Shown here: piece after piece, positions 1 to 9,282 of the stretch
Numbering within the stretch: the stretch's first letter is position 1
How the letters are laid out: every line of letters starts with the position of its first letter
NCBI GenBank assembly: GCA_963845065.1
Contig: CAWJQQ010000002.1
Span: forward strand, 32,001 to 96,000
Reading direction: 5' to 3'
Source of the DNA: Nitrospirota bacterium
GTDB lineage: Bacteria; Nitrospirota; UBA9217
DNA: 64,000 nucleotides
Notes under the pieces: generated by a model
Told to the model about the DNA's origin: nothing
What the model saw: only the letters and a program-made list of their open reading frames with translations
Databases searched by the model: none
Program-made: the position numbers and the translations under genes

Positions 1-624
1 CAAGATACTGGTTCTGGTATCCCAGATAAGTATTTTTCCAAGATATTTGATCCCTATTTTACTACCAAAGAAAAGGGTAGCGGGCTGGGACTGGCAACTT
101 CCTATTCAATCATCAAAAATCACGGCGGCATGATCAATGTCAGGACCAAATATGGCGAAGGAAGCACATTCATGATCTATCTTCCCGCAACCGCCGGTGA
201 GGTTCAGGCAGAATCTGCAGAAAAGCAGCAACCTACCCAATCGAAGAAAGCAAAGGTCCTCGTTATGGATGATGAGGAGATCATCAGGAATCTCAGCAGC
301 GAACTGCTCAGTGTTCTGGGTCATGACGTTGAAGTAGCAAAACATGGCCAAGAAGCACTCGAAAAGTATCAAAGTGCAATTTCAGTGGGAAATCCGTTTG
401 ACGTCGTTATCCTGGACCTTACGATAAAGGGTGGGATGGGTGGTGTAGAAACAGTTCAGAAGCTGCTCAAAATGGATCCTCAGGCGAAAGCCGTTGTGTC
501 CAGCGGCTACTCCGATGATGCGGTAACGGCAGATTATCTTTTACACGGGTTCAAGGCGTCTTTGAAAAAACCCTATAATGTTGACGCACTAAAAAATTTG
601 TTGGATAAGCTGCTTGTCAGCTAA
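1..624 (+). CDS. Hybrid sensor histidine kinase/response regulator, C-terminal part (5'-truncated by the window)
   Basis: Frame open from base 1: DTGSGI..FDPYFTTKEKGSGLGL (HATPase G1/F/G2 boxes), then a REC domain (VLVMDDE..ILDL..KPY). Confidence 0.9.
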   Translation, partial: QDTGSGIPDKYFSKIFDPYFTTKEKGSGLGLATSYSIIKNHGGMINVRTKYGEGSTFMIYLPATAGEVQAESAEKQQPTQSKKAKVLVMDDEEIIRNLSSELLSVLGHDVEVAKHGQEALEKYQSAISVGNPFDVVILDLTIKGGMGGVETVQKLLKMDPQAKAVVSSGYSDDAVTADYLLHGFKASLKKPYNVDALKNLLDKLLVS

Positions 625-628
625 TATA

Positions 629-790
629 TGAACTCTCCCGCCACTAAACCGCTTGCGCAATTGTAGTGGGGTTTCACAATTCGATGATGGATGCGCGCTG
701 CAGACAGTGGCCCACAACTCGTCTAATTCCATCTCGCCGCCGTTACTTCGGGCTGTTCAACCTGTATTCTGCATTGATAATCCGTTAACA
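629..790 (-). mobile_element. Orphan IS200/IS605 (tnpB-type) right-end remnant
   Basis: Minus strand reads ..GAAACCCCACTACAAT..TTTAGTGGCGGGAGAGTTCA, a subterminal hairpin plus TTCA end; the hairpin arms match those of the IscB element end at 45814-45850. Inner boundary approximate. Confidence 0.5.
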
Positions 791-844
791 CTGCTACAAG
801 ATATAGACTGTGAAGTCGTTGTTGCTTGACTCAAAGAATTAAAC

Positions 845-881
845 AAAAGGCTTAGGATTTTCTCAGTTCTAAGCCTTTTTT
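845..881. terminator. Bidirectional intrinsic terminator
   Basis: AAAAGGCTTAG..CTAAGCCTTTT inverted repeat with A and T tails. Confidence 0.6.
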
Positions 882-1157
882 CTTAAGATTCATTTTCTGT
901 GAGAATTTATTTCAGCTTCTGAGCTTCAAATTTCACCTTCTGTGAGAATTTACAGTTCTTGGTTTTCCTCTTCAGTGTCGAGTTGCTCTCCAGCGCTATC
1001 ATATTATATGTAGGATATCCTTCACCCAATGAAGCATAGGCTTCATCGAAAAAATCACGCTCTGAGAACCATCTGATTTGACAAAGGAAAAATACGGTAT
1101 GCAAATTGCAATATTTAAGTAAATTATTTGTATAACAATCAAAGGAGGATCGGAAAG

Positions 1158-1556
1158 ATGCAAAAGAGCTTTTATGTGGTTCTGGCAGGTGCAATGGTGT
1201 TGTCTCTAGTCGTAGGTTGTTCAAAAGGGTACGTTTCACAAAAAACGGTGGACAACATGAATATTACGCTCAAAGCAGAACGGTACCCGCTGATAAAAGG
1301 TGACAACGCCTTGTCTGTCAACGTGGCTGATTCGTCGGGAAAACCCGTGGGCGACGCCATGGTGATGGCGCGTTACTATATGCCGGCCATGCCCGGTATG
1401 GCGCCCATGGAATACAATACCATGGCCCAGGCGAAAGGCAAGGAATATACATTAACCGCCAATGTCCCGATGGAGGGCGGCTGGAAGGTTGACGTTACGG
1501 CAACGCAGCCGGGGAAACCAGCGGTCACTGCGACGTTCAATGTCGATGCCAGGTAG
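1158..1556 (+). CDS. YtkA/FixH-like lipoprotein
   Basis: RBS GGAGG before ATG 1158; lipobox VVGC; YMPAMPGM and PMEGGWKV motifs typical of YtkA-like Ig-fold proteins. Confidence 0.75.
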   Translation: MQKSFYVVLAGAMVLSLVVGCSKGYVSQKTVDNMNITLKAERYPLIKGDNALSVNVADSSGKPVGDAMVMARYYMPAMPGMAPMEYNTMAQAKGKEYTLTANVPMEGGWKVDVTATQPGKPAVTATFNVDAR

Positions 1557-1583
1557 TCTGCAGTCAATCTCAAGGAGAATGTC

Positions 1584-2009
1584 ATGAATAAATTGCTTTT
1601 AAGCGCAATAGCAGTAGTTGGACTTACGGCCGCAACAGCATTTGCCCAGATGGGTGGTCAGGGAGGACCAGGACAGCAAGGTCCGCAGGGAGGAATGATG
1701 GGGTCCCAGCAATCTCAACAAATGATGGGCAACCAGATGATGACCCAGGATATGATGCGTGATATGGCTGGAATGATGCAACAGATGAATGGCGTGATGG
1801 GGAAACTGTCGGGATTCATGGAACACAGCGGCAGCATGAATCACGGCAAGATGATGAATTTGTCCAAGATGATGGGAGAGATGTCCGCAAATATGAAGGA
1901 TATGTCAGAGCGAATGTCGTATGGCAAGATGGATACCGCGCATATGAAAATAATGCAGGAACGGATGCAGAACATAGAACATATGATGGGAACCATCGAA
2001 AAAGAGTAG
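1584..2009 (+). CDS. Met-rich exported protein (possible Cu/Ag binding)
   Basis: Signal peptide (AFA-Q) and very high Met content in a helical body. Confidence 0.7.
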   Translation: MNKLLLSAIAVVGLTAATAFAQMGGQGGPGQQGPQGGMMGSQQSQQMMGNQMMTQDMMRDMAGMMQQMNGVMGKLSGFMEHSGSMNHGKMMNLSKMMGEMSANMKDMSERMSYGKMDTAHMKIMQERMQNIEHMMGTIEKE

Positions 2010-2032
2010 AAATAATATAAAAGAGGTCGATT

Positions 2033-2266
2033 ATGATGAATTGGGGTAATTACGGATGGGGGATGGGATTCGGGTGGATCTTCATGCTTCTGTTCTGGGC
2101 ACTGGTTATTTTCGGGATCGTGTATATAGCCCAGACTATATCGCGGAGGGCCGGGCAGTCAGGGACAAAAGAGACTCCTCTCGACATTCTGAAGAAAAGA
2201 TACGCTAAAGGAGAGATAACCAAAGAAGAATTCGAGCGAATGAAGGACGATATCCTAAAATCCTGA
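2033..2266 (+). CDS. SHOCT-domain membrane protein
   Basis: WGMGFGW plus one TM helix plus LDILKKRYAKGEITKEEFE (SHOCT). Confidence 0.85.
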   Translation: MMNWGNYGWGMGFGWIFMLLFWALVIFGIVYIAQTISRRAGQSGTKETPLDILKKRYAKGEITKEEFERMKDDILKS

Positions 2267-2914
2267 AGAGGCGGCTTCTGGTATGAAGTTAATGATCACC
2301 CGACGGATATGTCGATGTTCGTAGCAACATTGGGAGAAAACGCAATGCGAAAGATTCTGATTCAGAAGAAGCAAAAACTACTTGAAGAGTCGATTTAATA
2401 AATTATGAAACCAACATCATAAATAGCGGCAAAAATCACAGTCATACTACCATACTAAAGACTTAGAGAATAATAGTAGCATTTCGCTTAAATAATTGGC
2501 TTAGTTCGCTCAGAGTTGCAATATATGAAAACTATTAGCAGAACGCTGCTGTTCGTATAATAGGGAGCAATCGACTGCAAGATAATACAGGGTCTTACTT
2601 TTCAGCGTCCGATTTTTTGTTTCGGGATTGCAGTTTCGTCACAGAACCAGTCTTACGTAGAGCCAATTCCCTCACGTCAAGCCATTGTTCTTCCCGGAGT
2701 AAATTCCAATAATCAGTCATGTTTCAAGGATGATTCTTTCACGGCTATCCTGTGCTTACAGCCGATAATTATCATGCATCGGAGTATCACAAATAGATGA
2801 GATTACATTAGGGGATTACTCGTTGTAAAGTTTTTTGTAACTTATTCGTCGTTGCTACGTCTTATTCACAATTGCAGCAAAAAAAATTAGTTTAACTTAT
2901 GGAGGATATACTTA

Positions 2915-4735
2915 ATGCGAAAGCATAAGAGATTCAAGGTAATGTTCGTTCTCACTCTTTTAATCGGCTCATTGTCGCTTCTTTTTGGTTGCGGCGGAGG
3001 AAGCGGCAGCGGTGTAACAAATCCAGTGGGAAATGGCGGAAGCACCGGCACTAATGGAATGATTAGTGGCACAGCAGTCAAGGGACCGATTAGCGGAGGG
3101 ACAGTAACGGCATATGCCATCACTAATGGAACCATGGGCATGCAACTGGCCAGCGGAACGACGGATAGTCAAGGAAATTTCAATATGTCAATCGGTGACT
3201 ACGCGGGCTCCGTTATGCTTCAGATGAGCGGTGGAACATACGTGGATGAGGCAACGGGAGTCACGGAGACCATGACTCCCGGCGATGTGATGACGGCCAT
3301 GATGACATCATTATCTACCGGTACGACGGTTACGGGAATTCAGATAACCCCCCTCACCTCCATGGCCCAGGCAGTGGCGAATAATATGGCGGGCGGTATG
3401 ACGGGTATAAATATCACCGCAGCGAACACGGCAATAGGCAATTACTTCATGGTAAACGACATCCTGCATACACAGCCCATGAACCCGCTGGTGTCCGGTT
3501 CAAGCACCACCGCGACCCAGGACATGAGGAACTACGGGATGGCAATAGCCGCCATGACGCAGTATGCAAGAAACATCGGGATGACGTCCTCGTCCGGCAT
3601 TGTCACCTCGATGATGAATGATGCATCGGATGGGGTCTTGAACGGCATGATGGGAAACACTCAGATAACTATGGGCGGTGTCGCTGGCGGCATGATGGGT
3701 GGCGGTACAATGATGCAGCCAACGGCCGGGACTACCGGATTGTCAACTGCGATGACGCAATTCATAGGATCAGCACTGAACCAGTCCGGGCTAACGCTTT
3801 CCGACATGCAGACACTTATGGACCACTTAAGCTCATCAAATGGACAGCTCCTGGGAACTGGTGGAGTTGTGACCGGTGGTACCGGGACTGGCGGAATAAT
3901 AACTGGCGGTACAGGGTCCGGTGGACCGATGATGAGTGGATTGATCAGCGGGACGGCATTTAATGGACCCATGGCAGATGGAACGGTAATGGCATTCGCA
4001 ATCAACAATGGGACAATGGGTGCGCAACTCTCAAGCGGAGCGACGGACACTCAGGGTAACTTTACAATGTCCCTTGGCAATTACTCCGGCCCCATTATGC
4101 TTCAGATGACTGGAACATATACGGATTTAGCGACAGGCACAACGATGACTATGACTGCGGTCAACGAAATGACCGCTATTATACCATCGATATCGACCGG
4201 CGCTACGATAACTGGAATTCAAATAACCCCTCTCACTTCCATGGCCCAGGCGATGGCGAATTATATGACGGGCGGCATGACGGATGCTAATATCATCGCA
4301 GCGAACACTGCAATAGGAAATTACTTCATCGTGTCCGATATTCTCTATACTCAGCCAATGAATCCGCTGGTTCCGGGGTCGGGAACTGTCGCAACTCAAA
4401 ACATGATGGATTATGGGGTTACGATAGCCGCCATGTCTCAGTACGCGAAGAATATCGGGTTAACTAACTCATCAGTAGTAATAACAGCAATGATGAACGA
4501 TGCGTCGGATGGGATCATGAACGGCAAGATAGGGAACACCCAGATAACAATGGGTGGTATGGGCGGTGGCATGATGGGCGGCGGTGGCACCATGATGCAG
4601 GCTAATGCGGGAACAAGCGGATTGGCAACTGCAATCACGGATTTCCTGGGGTCAGCGGCAAACAAATCAGGCCTTACAGCTACAGACCTTCACACTCTCA
4701 TCAGTCTGTTGAGCACGACCAATGGAGTTATCTGA
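2915..4735 (+). CDS. Met/Gly/Thr-rich lipoprotein with an internally duplicated ~260-aa domain
   Basis: Lipobox LFGC; two copies of ISGTA..GP..TD.QGNF..QITPLTSMAQA..MMNDASDG joined by a Gly/Thr linker. Confidence 0.75.
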   Translation: MRKHKRFKVMFVLTLLIGSLSLLFGCGGGSGSGVTNPVGNGGSTGTNGMISGTAVKGPISGGTVTAYAITNGTMGMQLASGTTDSQGNFNMSIGDYAGSVMLQMSGGTYVDEATGVTETMTPGDVMTAMMTSLSTGTTVTGIQITPLTSMAQAVANNMAGGMTGINITAANTAIGNYFMVNDILHTQPMNPLVSGSSTTATQDMRNYGMAIAAMTQYARNIGMTSSSGIVTSMMNDASDGVLNGMMGNTQITMGGVAGGMMGGGTMMQPTAGTTGLSTAMTQFIGSALNQSGLTLSDMQTLMDHLSSSNGQLLGTGGVVTGGTGTGGIITGGTGSGGPMMSGLISGTAFNGPMADGTVMAFAINNGTMGAQLSSGATDTQGNFTMSLGNYSGPIMLQMTGTYTDLATGTTMTMTAVNEMTAIIPSISTGATITGIQITPLTSMAQAMANYMTGGMTDANIIAANTAIGNYFIVSDILYTQPMNPLVPGSGTVATQNMMDYGVTIAAMSQYAKNIGLTNSSVVITAMMNDASDGIMNGKIGNTQITMGGMGGGMMGGGGTMMQANAGTSGLATAITDFLGSAANKSGLTATDLHTLISLLSTTNGVI

Positions 4736-4798
4736 TGCGTCCTTGCACGGTTTCCTAGCGCAGTATAGTAAACTCCCATAAGTTTACGGCAGCCGGTC

Positions 4799-4836
4799 GA
4801 CATCCTCCCCTTCCGTGAGGCCGGGGAGGATGTCAA
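4799..4836. terminator. GC-rich hairpin (terminator or IS200/IS605 right-end relic)
   Basis: GACATCCTCCCC-N12-GGGGAGGATGTC followed by AA; the GGGGAGGATGTCAA end resembles IS605 right ends. Confidence 0.45.
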
Positions 4837-4871
4837 CTACTTAAAGAATGTTAAATATTTGCAAACACTTC

Positions 4872-4900
4872 TTGACAATTATATAAAAACATAATAATAT
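4872..4900 (+). promoter_or_regulatory. Sigma70-type promoter of the arsR-dsrEFH-sqr operon
   Basis: TTGACA-17 nt-TAATAT in an AT-rich region upstream of the regulator. Confidence 0.5.
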
Positions 4901-4971
4901 TTGAATATATTTATGTAATATAGCCTTCGCATAAGACAATCCTATCCTTAAGATAAAGGAGAACGAGCAAT

Positions 4972-5313
4972 TTGATCCCGGTAGAGAAAAGGATAGATCT
5001 CCTCAAAGTAATTGCCCACCCCATTCGCATCAAAATACTCGAAGACCTTATGCATGGTGTGAAATGCGTGAGCGACTTCGAGGAATCTCTCGACATTAGC
5101 CAGCCTAACGTATCACAACATTTGACACTTCTTCGGACGAATGGAATTGTCGATTTCTTCGTTGACGGCAGGCTCAAGTGCTACTTTCTGAAAGAGCCCT
5201 TCATCCCCGACCTCCTCGAAATTCTCAAAAAACAATATGAAGAAGATATCCCCGCTCCTGCTTGTTGTCCAGTAACGAAAAAAGGCACCTACCCCGGTGA
5301 AAGGAGACGATAA
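4972..5313 (+). CDS. ArsR/SmtB family transcriptional regulator
   Basis: AHPIRIKIL..CVSDF..ISQPNVSQHLTLLR..GIV winged HTH; C-terminal CC. Confidence 0.9.
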   Translation: MIPVEKRIDLLKVIAHPIRIKILEDLMHGVKCVSDFEESLDISQPNVSQHLTLLRTNGIVDFFVDGRLKCYFLKEPFIPDLLEILKKQYEEDIPAPACCPVTKKGTYPGERRR

Positions 5314-5492
5314 TCTGTAGGAAGAAACACTCCATTACTCTAATGGGAAAATATTCGCCTGCGGCACCTATCCCAAGCTTCGCAATACATGGCGGACAGA
5401 TGTCTATCCCTTGGCGTAGCTCAAAGACGTGCACGTGATCATCAAAGAAGGCGACGGGGTTTTGACATTTTAACTTCAGTGAGGAGGCCACT

Positions 5493-5837
5493 ATGCAAAA
5501 AGAGATTGTAATGTTTCTTTCCACGACACCCTACACATTTGAAAATACGCATACTATTTTCAAACTGGCGGATGCTGCTCTGAAGAAAGGGCACCGGGCC
5601 AGACTTATTGCCACGGGTGACGGCGTTTTCTCCATTGTGAAAGGACAGGTCCCTCAGGCGCTTTCAACGCTGGTAGACCTTGTGGGAAAGGGCCTTAAGG
5701 TTGATATCTGAACAGGCTGCATGAAAAGCCGCGGTCTTGCGGCTGATGATTCCGTTGAGGGCGGTGAAATGAGCTCGCTGAAGGGTCTTTTCAATGTTGT
5801 GAAGTCAAAGCCCGTATTTTTAAATTTCGGCATCTAA
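5493..5837 (+). CDS. DsrE/TusD-like sulfurtransferase, predicted selenoprotein (Sec at TGA 5709-5711)
   Basis: DsrE-like N-terminus; read-through gives VDI-U-TGC-MKSRGL..NFGI* (114 aa), ending 10 nt before dsrF; SECIS-like hairpin follows the TGA. Confidence 0.8.
5720..5748 (+). promoter_or_regulatory. Putative bacterial SECIS element
   Basis: AGCCGC (5727-5732) / GGTCTT loop / GCGGCT (5739-5744); the loop begins with G, 21 nt after the UGA. Confidence 0.7.
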
Positions 5838-5847
5838 GGAGACGATT

Positions 5848-6201
5848 ATGGGGAGCATTAGTATAATTTTAAGAAGGCCGCCGTACGGGACTGTCGATGC
5901 CTCGGAGGCGATCCGCCATGCGCTCGGGGGGGTGTCCGAAGAGTTGGAAGTAAAATTGCTCCTTGTTGACGGCGGGGTGCATGCGGCGAGAAAGGGACAG
6001 GACGTATCCCAGACGAAGTATTTGAATGCAGGAGACGGCATTCGGGATTGCATTGACATGGGTGTTGCCGTCTATGCTGATGAAACGTCATTGAAACGGG
6101 AACAAATCACTAATGATTGTATAATCGAGGGGGTCACGATTACAAATAGCGCAGAATTCGCCAATATCATCGGCAAAACAGATACAACAATGGTTTTTTA
6201 A
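5848..6201 (+). CDS. DsrF/TusC-like protein
   Basis: IILRRPPYGT..EAIR..LLLVDGGV..KGQ motif; position in a DsrE-F-H triad. Confidence 0.8.
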   Translation: MGSISIILRRPPYGTVDASEAIRHALGGVSEELEVKLLLVDGGVHAARKGQDVSQTKYLNAGDGIRDCIDMGVAVYADETSLKREQITNDCIIEGVTITNSAEFANIIGKTDTTMVF

Positions 6202-6211
6202 GGAGACTATC

Positions 6212-6493
6212 ATGCTTGTAATCATCAAAAGCGCACCGGATACGACTGATGGAGCACGAGGCTTGAGCATTGCGAAGGAAGGCGGGGCTGAGCTTATCCT
6301 ACTGCAAAACGGGGTCTATTTCGCGCAAAAGGGCCGGCTTGGATCTTTTCTCAGCGCGGTGTATGTGCTGGATGATGACAAGAAGCTCCGAGGTCTCAAG
6401 GATTCGGAATTAGATGTCCGAGCTAAAATCATCGACTATGACAAACTTACGGACATTATTACGGGTGGAGATAAGGTTGCCGGTATGTTCTAA
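6212..6493 (+). CDS. DsrH/TusB-like protein
   Basis: LILLQNGVY..VYVLDDDKKLRGL..IIDYDKL motif. Confidence 0.85.
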   Translation: MLVIIKSAPDTTDGARGLSIAKEGGAELILLQNGVYFAQKGRLGSFLSAVYVLDDDKKLRGLKDSELDVRAKIIDYDKLTDIITGGDKVAGMF

Positions 6494-6520
6494 CTTTTGA
6501 AGTACTTGCAGGAGATAACT

Positions 6521-7711
6521 ATGGCGAGGATCGTTGTTTTAGGGGGATCGTTTGGGGGATTGACGGCTGCCCTTGAGCTGAAGCGATTGCTTGGCAAGAA
6601 CGCAGACGTAACAGTAGTGAGCAGTGATGACCGGTTTGTATTCCTGCCGTCGCTGCCTTGGCTCGTCATGGGCTGGCGAAGGCCGGAGGACATTACGCTC
6701 AAGGTGAGTGAAATCCTGAAGCCTAAAGGAATTGACTTTGTCCATGATGCTGCAAAAGAGGTTAATGCTAGCGCATCCAAGGTTATTACTTCCAAAGGGC
6801 GAGAACTTCCCTATGATCATCTTGTTATATCCACTGGTCCCTATCTTTCCTTTGACGAAATCCCCGGCCTCGGGCCGGACAAAGGATATACAGCATGCAC
6901 CTTTACTCTCGACCATGCGGTCAAGACGAGAGATAGCTGGAAGCGTGTCCTCGAAAACCCCGGGCCGATAGTCCTCGGGTCATCACAGATGGTGAGCTGC
7001 TTCGGCCCGTCTTACGAGCTCGCATTTGAAACGGACGCCGAACTCAGACGGCGAAAGATGCGACACAAAGTCCCCATCATCTATCTCACGTCGGAACCCT
7101 ATCTCGGGCACATGGGCGTCGGCGGGCTCGGCAATTCAAAAACCTTCATAGAGTACGAGTTCGCTGAACGGGACATTAAACCTATCGTGAGCCAGGCTAT
7201 CGAGGAAGTCACGCCGGGAGAGATTAAATTAAAGGACGGCACGAAGCTCCCGTTCAAACTCGCCATGATCGCGCCGCCATTCAAAGGGGTATCAGCAGTC
7301 GCACCACTCGGGAATCCGCGAGGCTTCATCCCCGTGGACAAGAATTACCGGCATACGAAACATAAGAATATATTTGCCATCGGTGTAACCATAGCGATTG
7401 CGCCACCGGAGGTTACTCCTGTGCCGACGGGTGTTCCAAAGACCGGTTTCATGACGGTCAAGATGGCGAAGACTGCTGCCGCGACCATTGCGTCCGATGT
7501 TACCGGGAAAACCCAACCCATCACTGATGAGCTTGGTGTGGTTTGTCTCATGGATATGGGTAATACTGCCGCACTGATGAAGGCGTATCCGTTGCTCCCG
7601 CCGAGACAGAGTTCCTATATGAAGAAGGCGATCTGGGCAAAATGGATGAAACTCGGATTCGAAAAGTATTTCTTGTGGAAGATGAAAATGGGGTTGAGCA
7701 ATCTACCATGA
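6521..7711 (+). CDS. sqr: Sulfide:quinone oxidoreductase (flavoprotein)
   Basis: GGSFGG FAD-binding fold; conserved Cys motifs CT, SCFGPSYE and CLMDMG plus PKTG; RBS GGAG before ATG 6521. Confidence 0.8.
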   Translation: MARIVVLGGSFGGLTAALELKRLLGKNADVTVVSSDDRFVFLPSLPWLVMGWRRPEDITLKVSEILKPKGIDFVHDAAKEVNASASKVITSKGRELPYDHLVISTGPYLSFDEIPGLGPDKGYTACTFTLDHAVKTRDSWKRVLENPGPIVLGSSQMVSCFGPSYELAFETDAELRRRKMRHKVPIIYLTSEPYLGHMGVGGLGNSKTFIEYEFAERDIKPIVSQAIEEVTPGEIKLKDGTKLPFKLAMIAPPFKGVSAVAPLGNPRGFIPVDKNYRHTKHKNIFAIGVTIAIAPPEVTPVPTGVPKTGFMTVKMAKTAAATIASDVTGKTQPITDELGVVCLMDMGNTAALMKAYPLLPPRQSSYMKKAIWAKWMKLGFEKYFLWKMKMGLSNLP

Positions 7712-8184
7712 ATAATGAGATATTGGATTACCATTCACAGCTTTGTAATGAGGATTCCACTTAACTGATCCATCAAAAAGTAGTAATTTGGGGATTGCAT
7801 GTTATAATCAGAAGTCTTTGCCTTTGTCGGAATATCGACATTGCAACCTTGTAGGTGAAGGTTAGTTTCGTATAATATTGGTGAAGGTGTAAAATTCATT
7901 TTGTATCATGCATTTTGTGATAAGGTTTTCTGTCAACAGCATCATCCTGATGCACACGAAGTTTCCCTTCTTGAACCAAGGTAATATTCAACCAGTTTAT
8001 TGCAGTCAGCTACCTATTTTTTTCTCCATTCAGTAGCTTTGACATAACCTTGAATCAGGAATACAAAAGTTAATAAAGCAGTGCGAATACCTTGGGATGT
8101 TCATTGCTTAGCTGGATAACATGGGATTCGTGATATTGGACAGACCTGCTCAATTACTGGTTAGGCGTCAATCCAAATGGAGGC

Positions 8185-8853
8185 ATGAAAATGACACGGG
8201 TCCGAGTTGAGAGCTTTACCATCTCGCTTGACGGATACGGAGCTGGTCCGGGTCAGGACATCAATAATCCGCTCGGCGTGGGTGGGACAGCTTTGCACCA
8301 GTGGGCACTCCCGACGCGCACGTTCCAGCGTGCCTTATTTGGCGCCGACGGTGGCACAACGGGGATTGATAACGAGTTCGCCGCGCGAGGCTTTAATAAA
8401 GTTGGCGCTTGGATTCTCGGAAGGAACATGTTCGGACCGATTCGTGGTCCCTGGCCCGACATGAACTGGAAAGGTTGGTGGGGGGACAACCCACCCTATC
8501 ACGTTCCAGTCTTCATCTTGACTCATCACGCGCGCCCGCCCATCCAGATGGAAGGCAATACGACATTCCACTTCGTCACAGACGACATTCACGCAGCGCT
8601 TGACCAGGCGCGCGATGTGGCCAATGGGATGGACGTACGCATTGGCGGTGGACCTAACACCATACAGCAGTACCTTCGTGCGAGTCTCATTGATGAGCTG
8701 CACTTCGTTATCGCTCCGATCCTGCTAGGTGGAGGAGAACGACTGTTTGAAGCCGTTGACTTGCGAGCTCTAGGATACGAATGCGTCCAATTCGCGGCGT
8801 CGGAGAAAGCCACCCATGTTGTACTCCGGCGCAAGAAGCGTAATGACGCCTAA
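8185..8853 (+). CDS. Dihydrofolate reductase/RibD C-terminal family protein (gene cassette)
   Basis: ISLDGYGAGP..ILGRNMFGP..WWGDNPPYH..IGGG..IDEL. Confidence 0.85.
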   Translation: MKMTRVRVESFTISLDGYGAGPGQDINNPLGVGGTALHQWALPTRTFQRALFGADGGTTGIDNEFAARGFNKVGAWILGRNMFGPIRGPWPDMNWKGWWGDNPPYHVPVFILTHHARPPIQMEGNTTFHFVTDDIHAALDQARDVANGMDVRIGGGPNTIQQYLRASLIDELHFVIAPILLGGGERLFEAVDLRALGYECVQFAASEKATHVVLRRKKRNDA

Positions 8854-8906
8854 CGACCGGTTTCACCGGACGGTGCTATCGCCGCCGCCGAACCGGAGCG
8901 TTGAAT
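8848..8906 (+). other. attC-like site (59 bp)
   Basis: GCCTAAC..TTCACCGG..CCGCCGAA..GTTGAAT; GCCTAAC is the exact complement of GTTAGGC (8160-8166) just upstream of the gene. Confidence 0.65.
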
Positions 8907-9247
8907 GTAATTATCAATCAATAGTCTGTATTGAAATTTTGTCAACAGGACTGCAAGTTTGTAGGTGGAGTAGAGATGTCCATAATTAGAGAAGAGGTGT
9001 AAACTTGCATTTGAAATATGAGGCGCATTCTTCTTCCTGAAGTTATTATGCATCGGTCGCCATTGCGACCTTGCAGCTGCAAATTATAATGCCGACAGTC
9101 AACATACTCTTTCCATTACCCCGTTGGATTATTTTGGAGGAGCCATAGAAATCAGGGGCTTAAGTAAAGCGCTTAGCCCTTTTTTCATTTAAGGCAACCG
9201 CTATGGTAACCGTTGTTTTTTCCCTTTCTATCTCTTTCAGTTACCGA

Positions 9248-9276
9248 TTGACAAATAGTATTACCTGTAGTATCAT
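9248..9276 (+). promoter_or_regulatory. Sigma70 promoter of hicAB (leaderless transcript)
   Basis: TTGACA-17-TATCAT; predicted +1 falls at GTG 9283. Confidence 0.65.
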
Positions 9277-9282
9277 CCAAAA

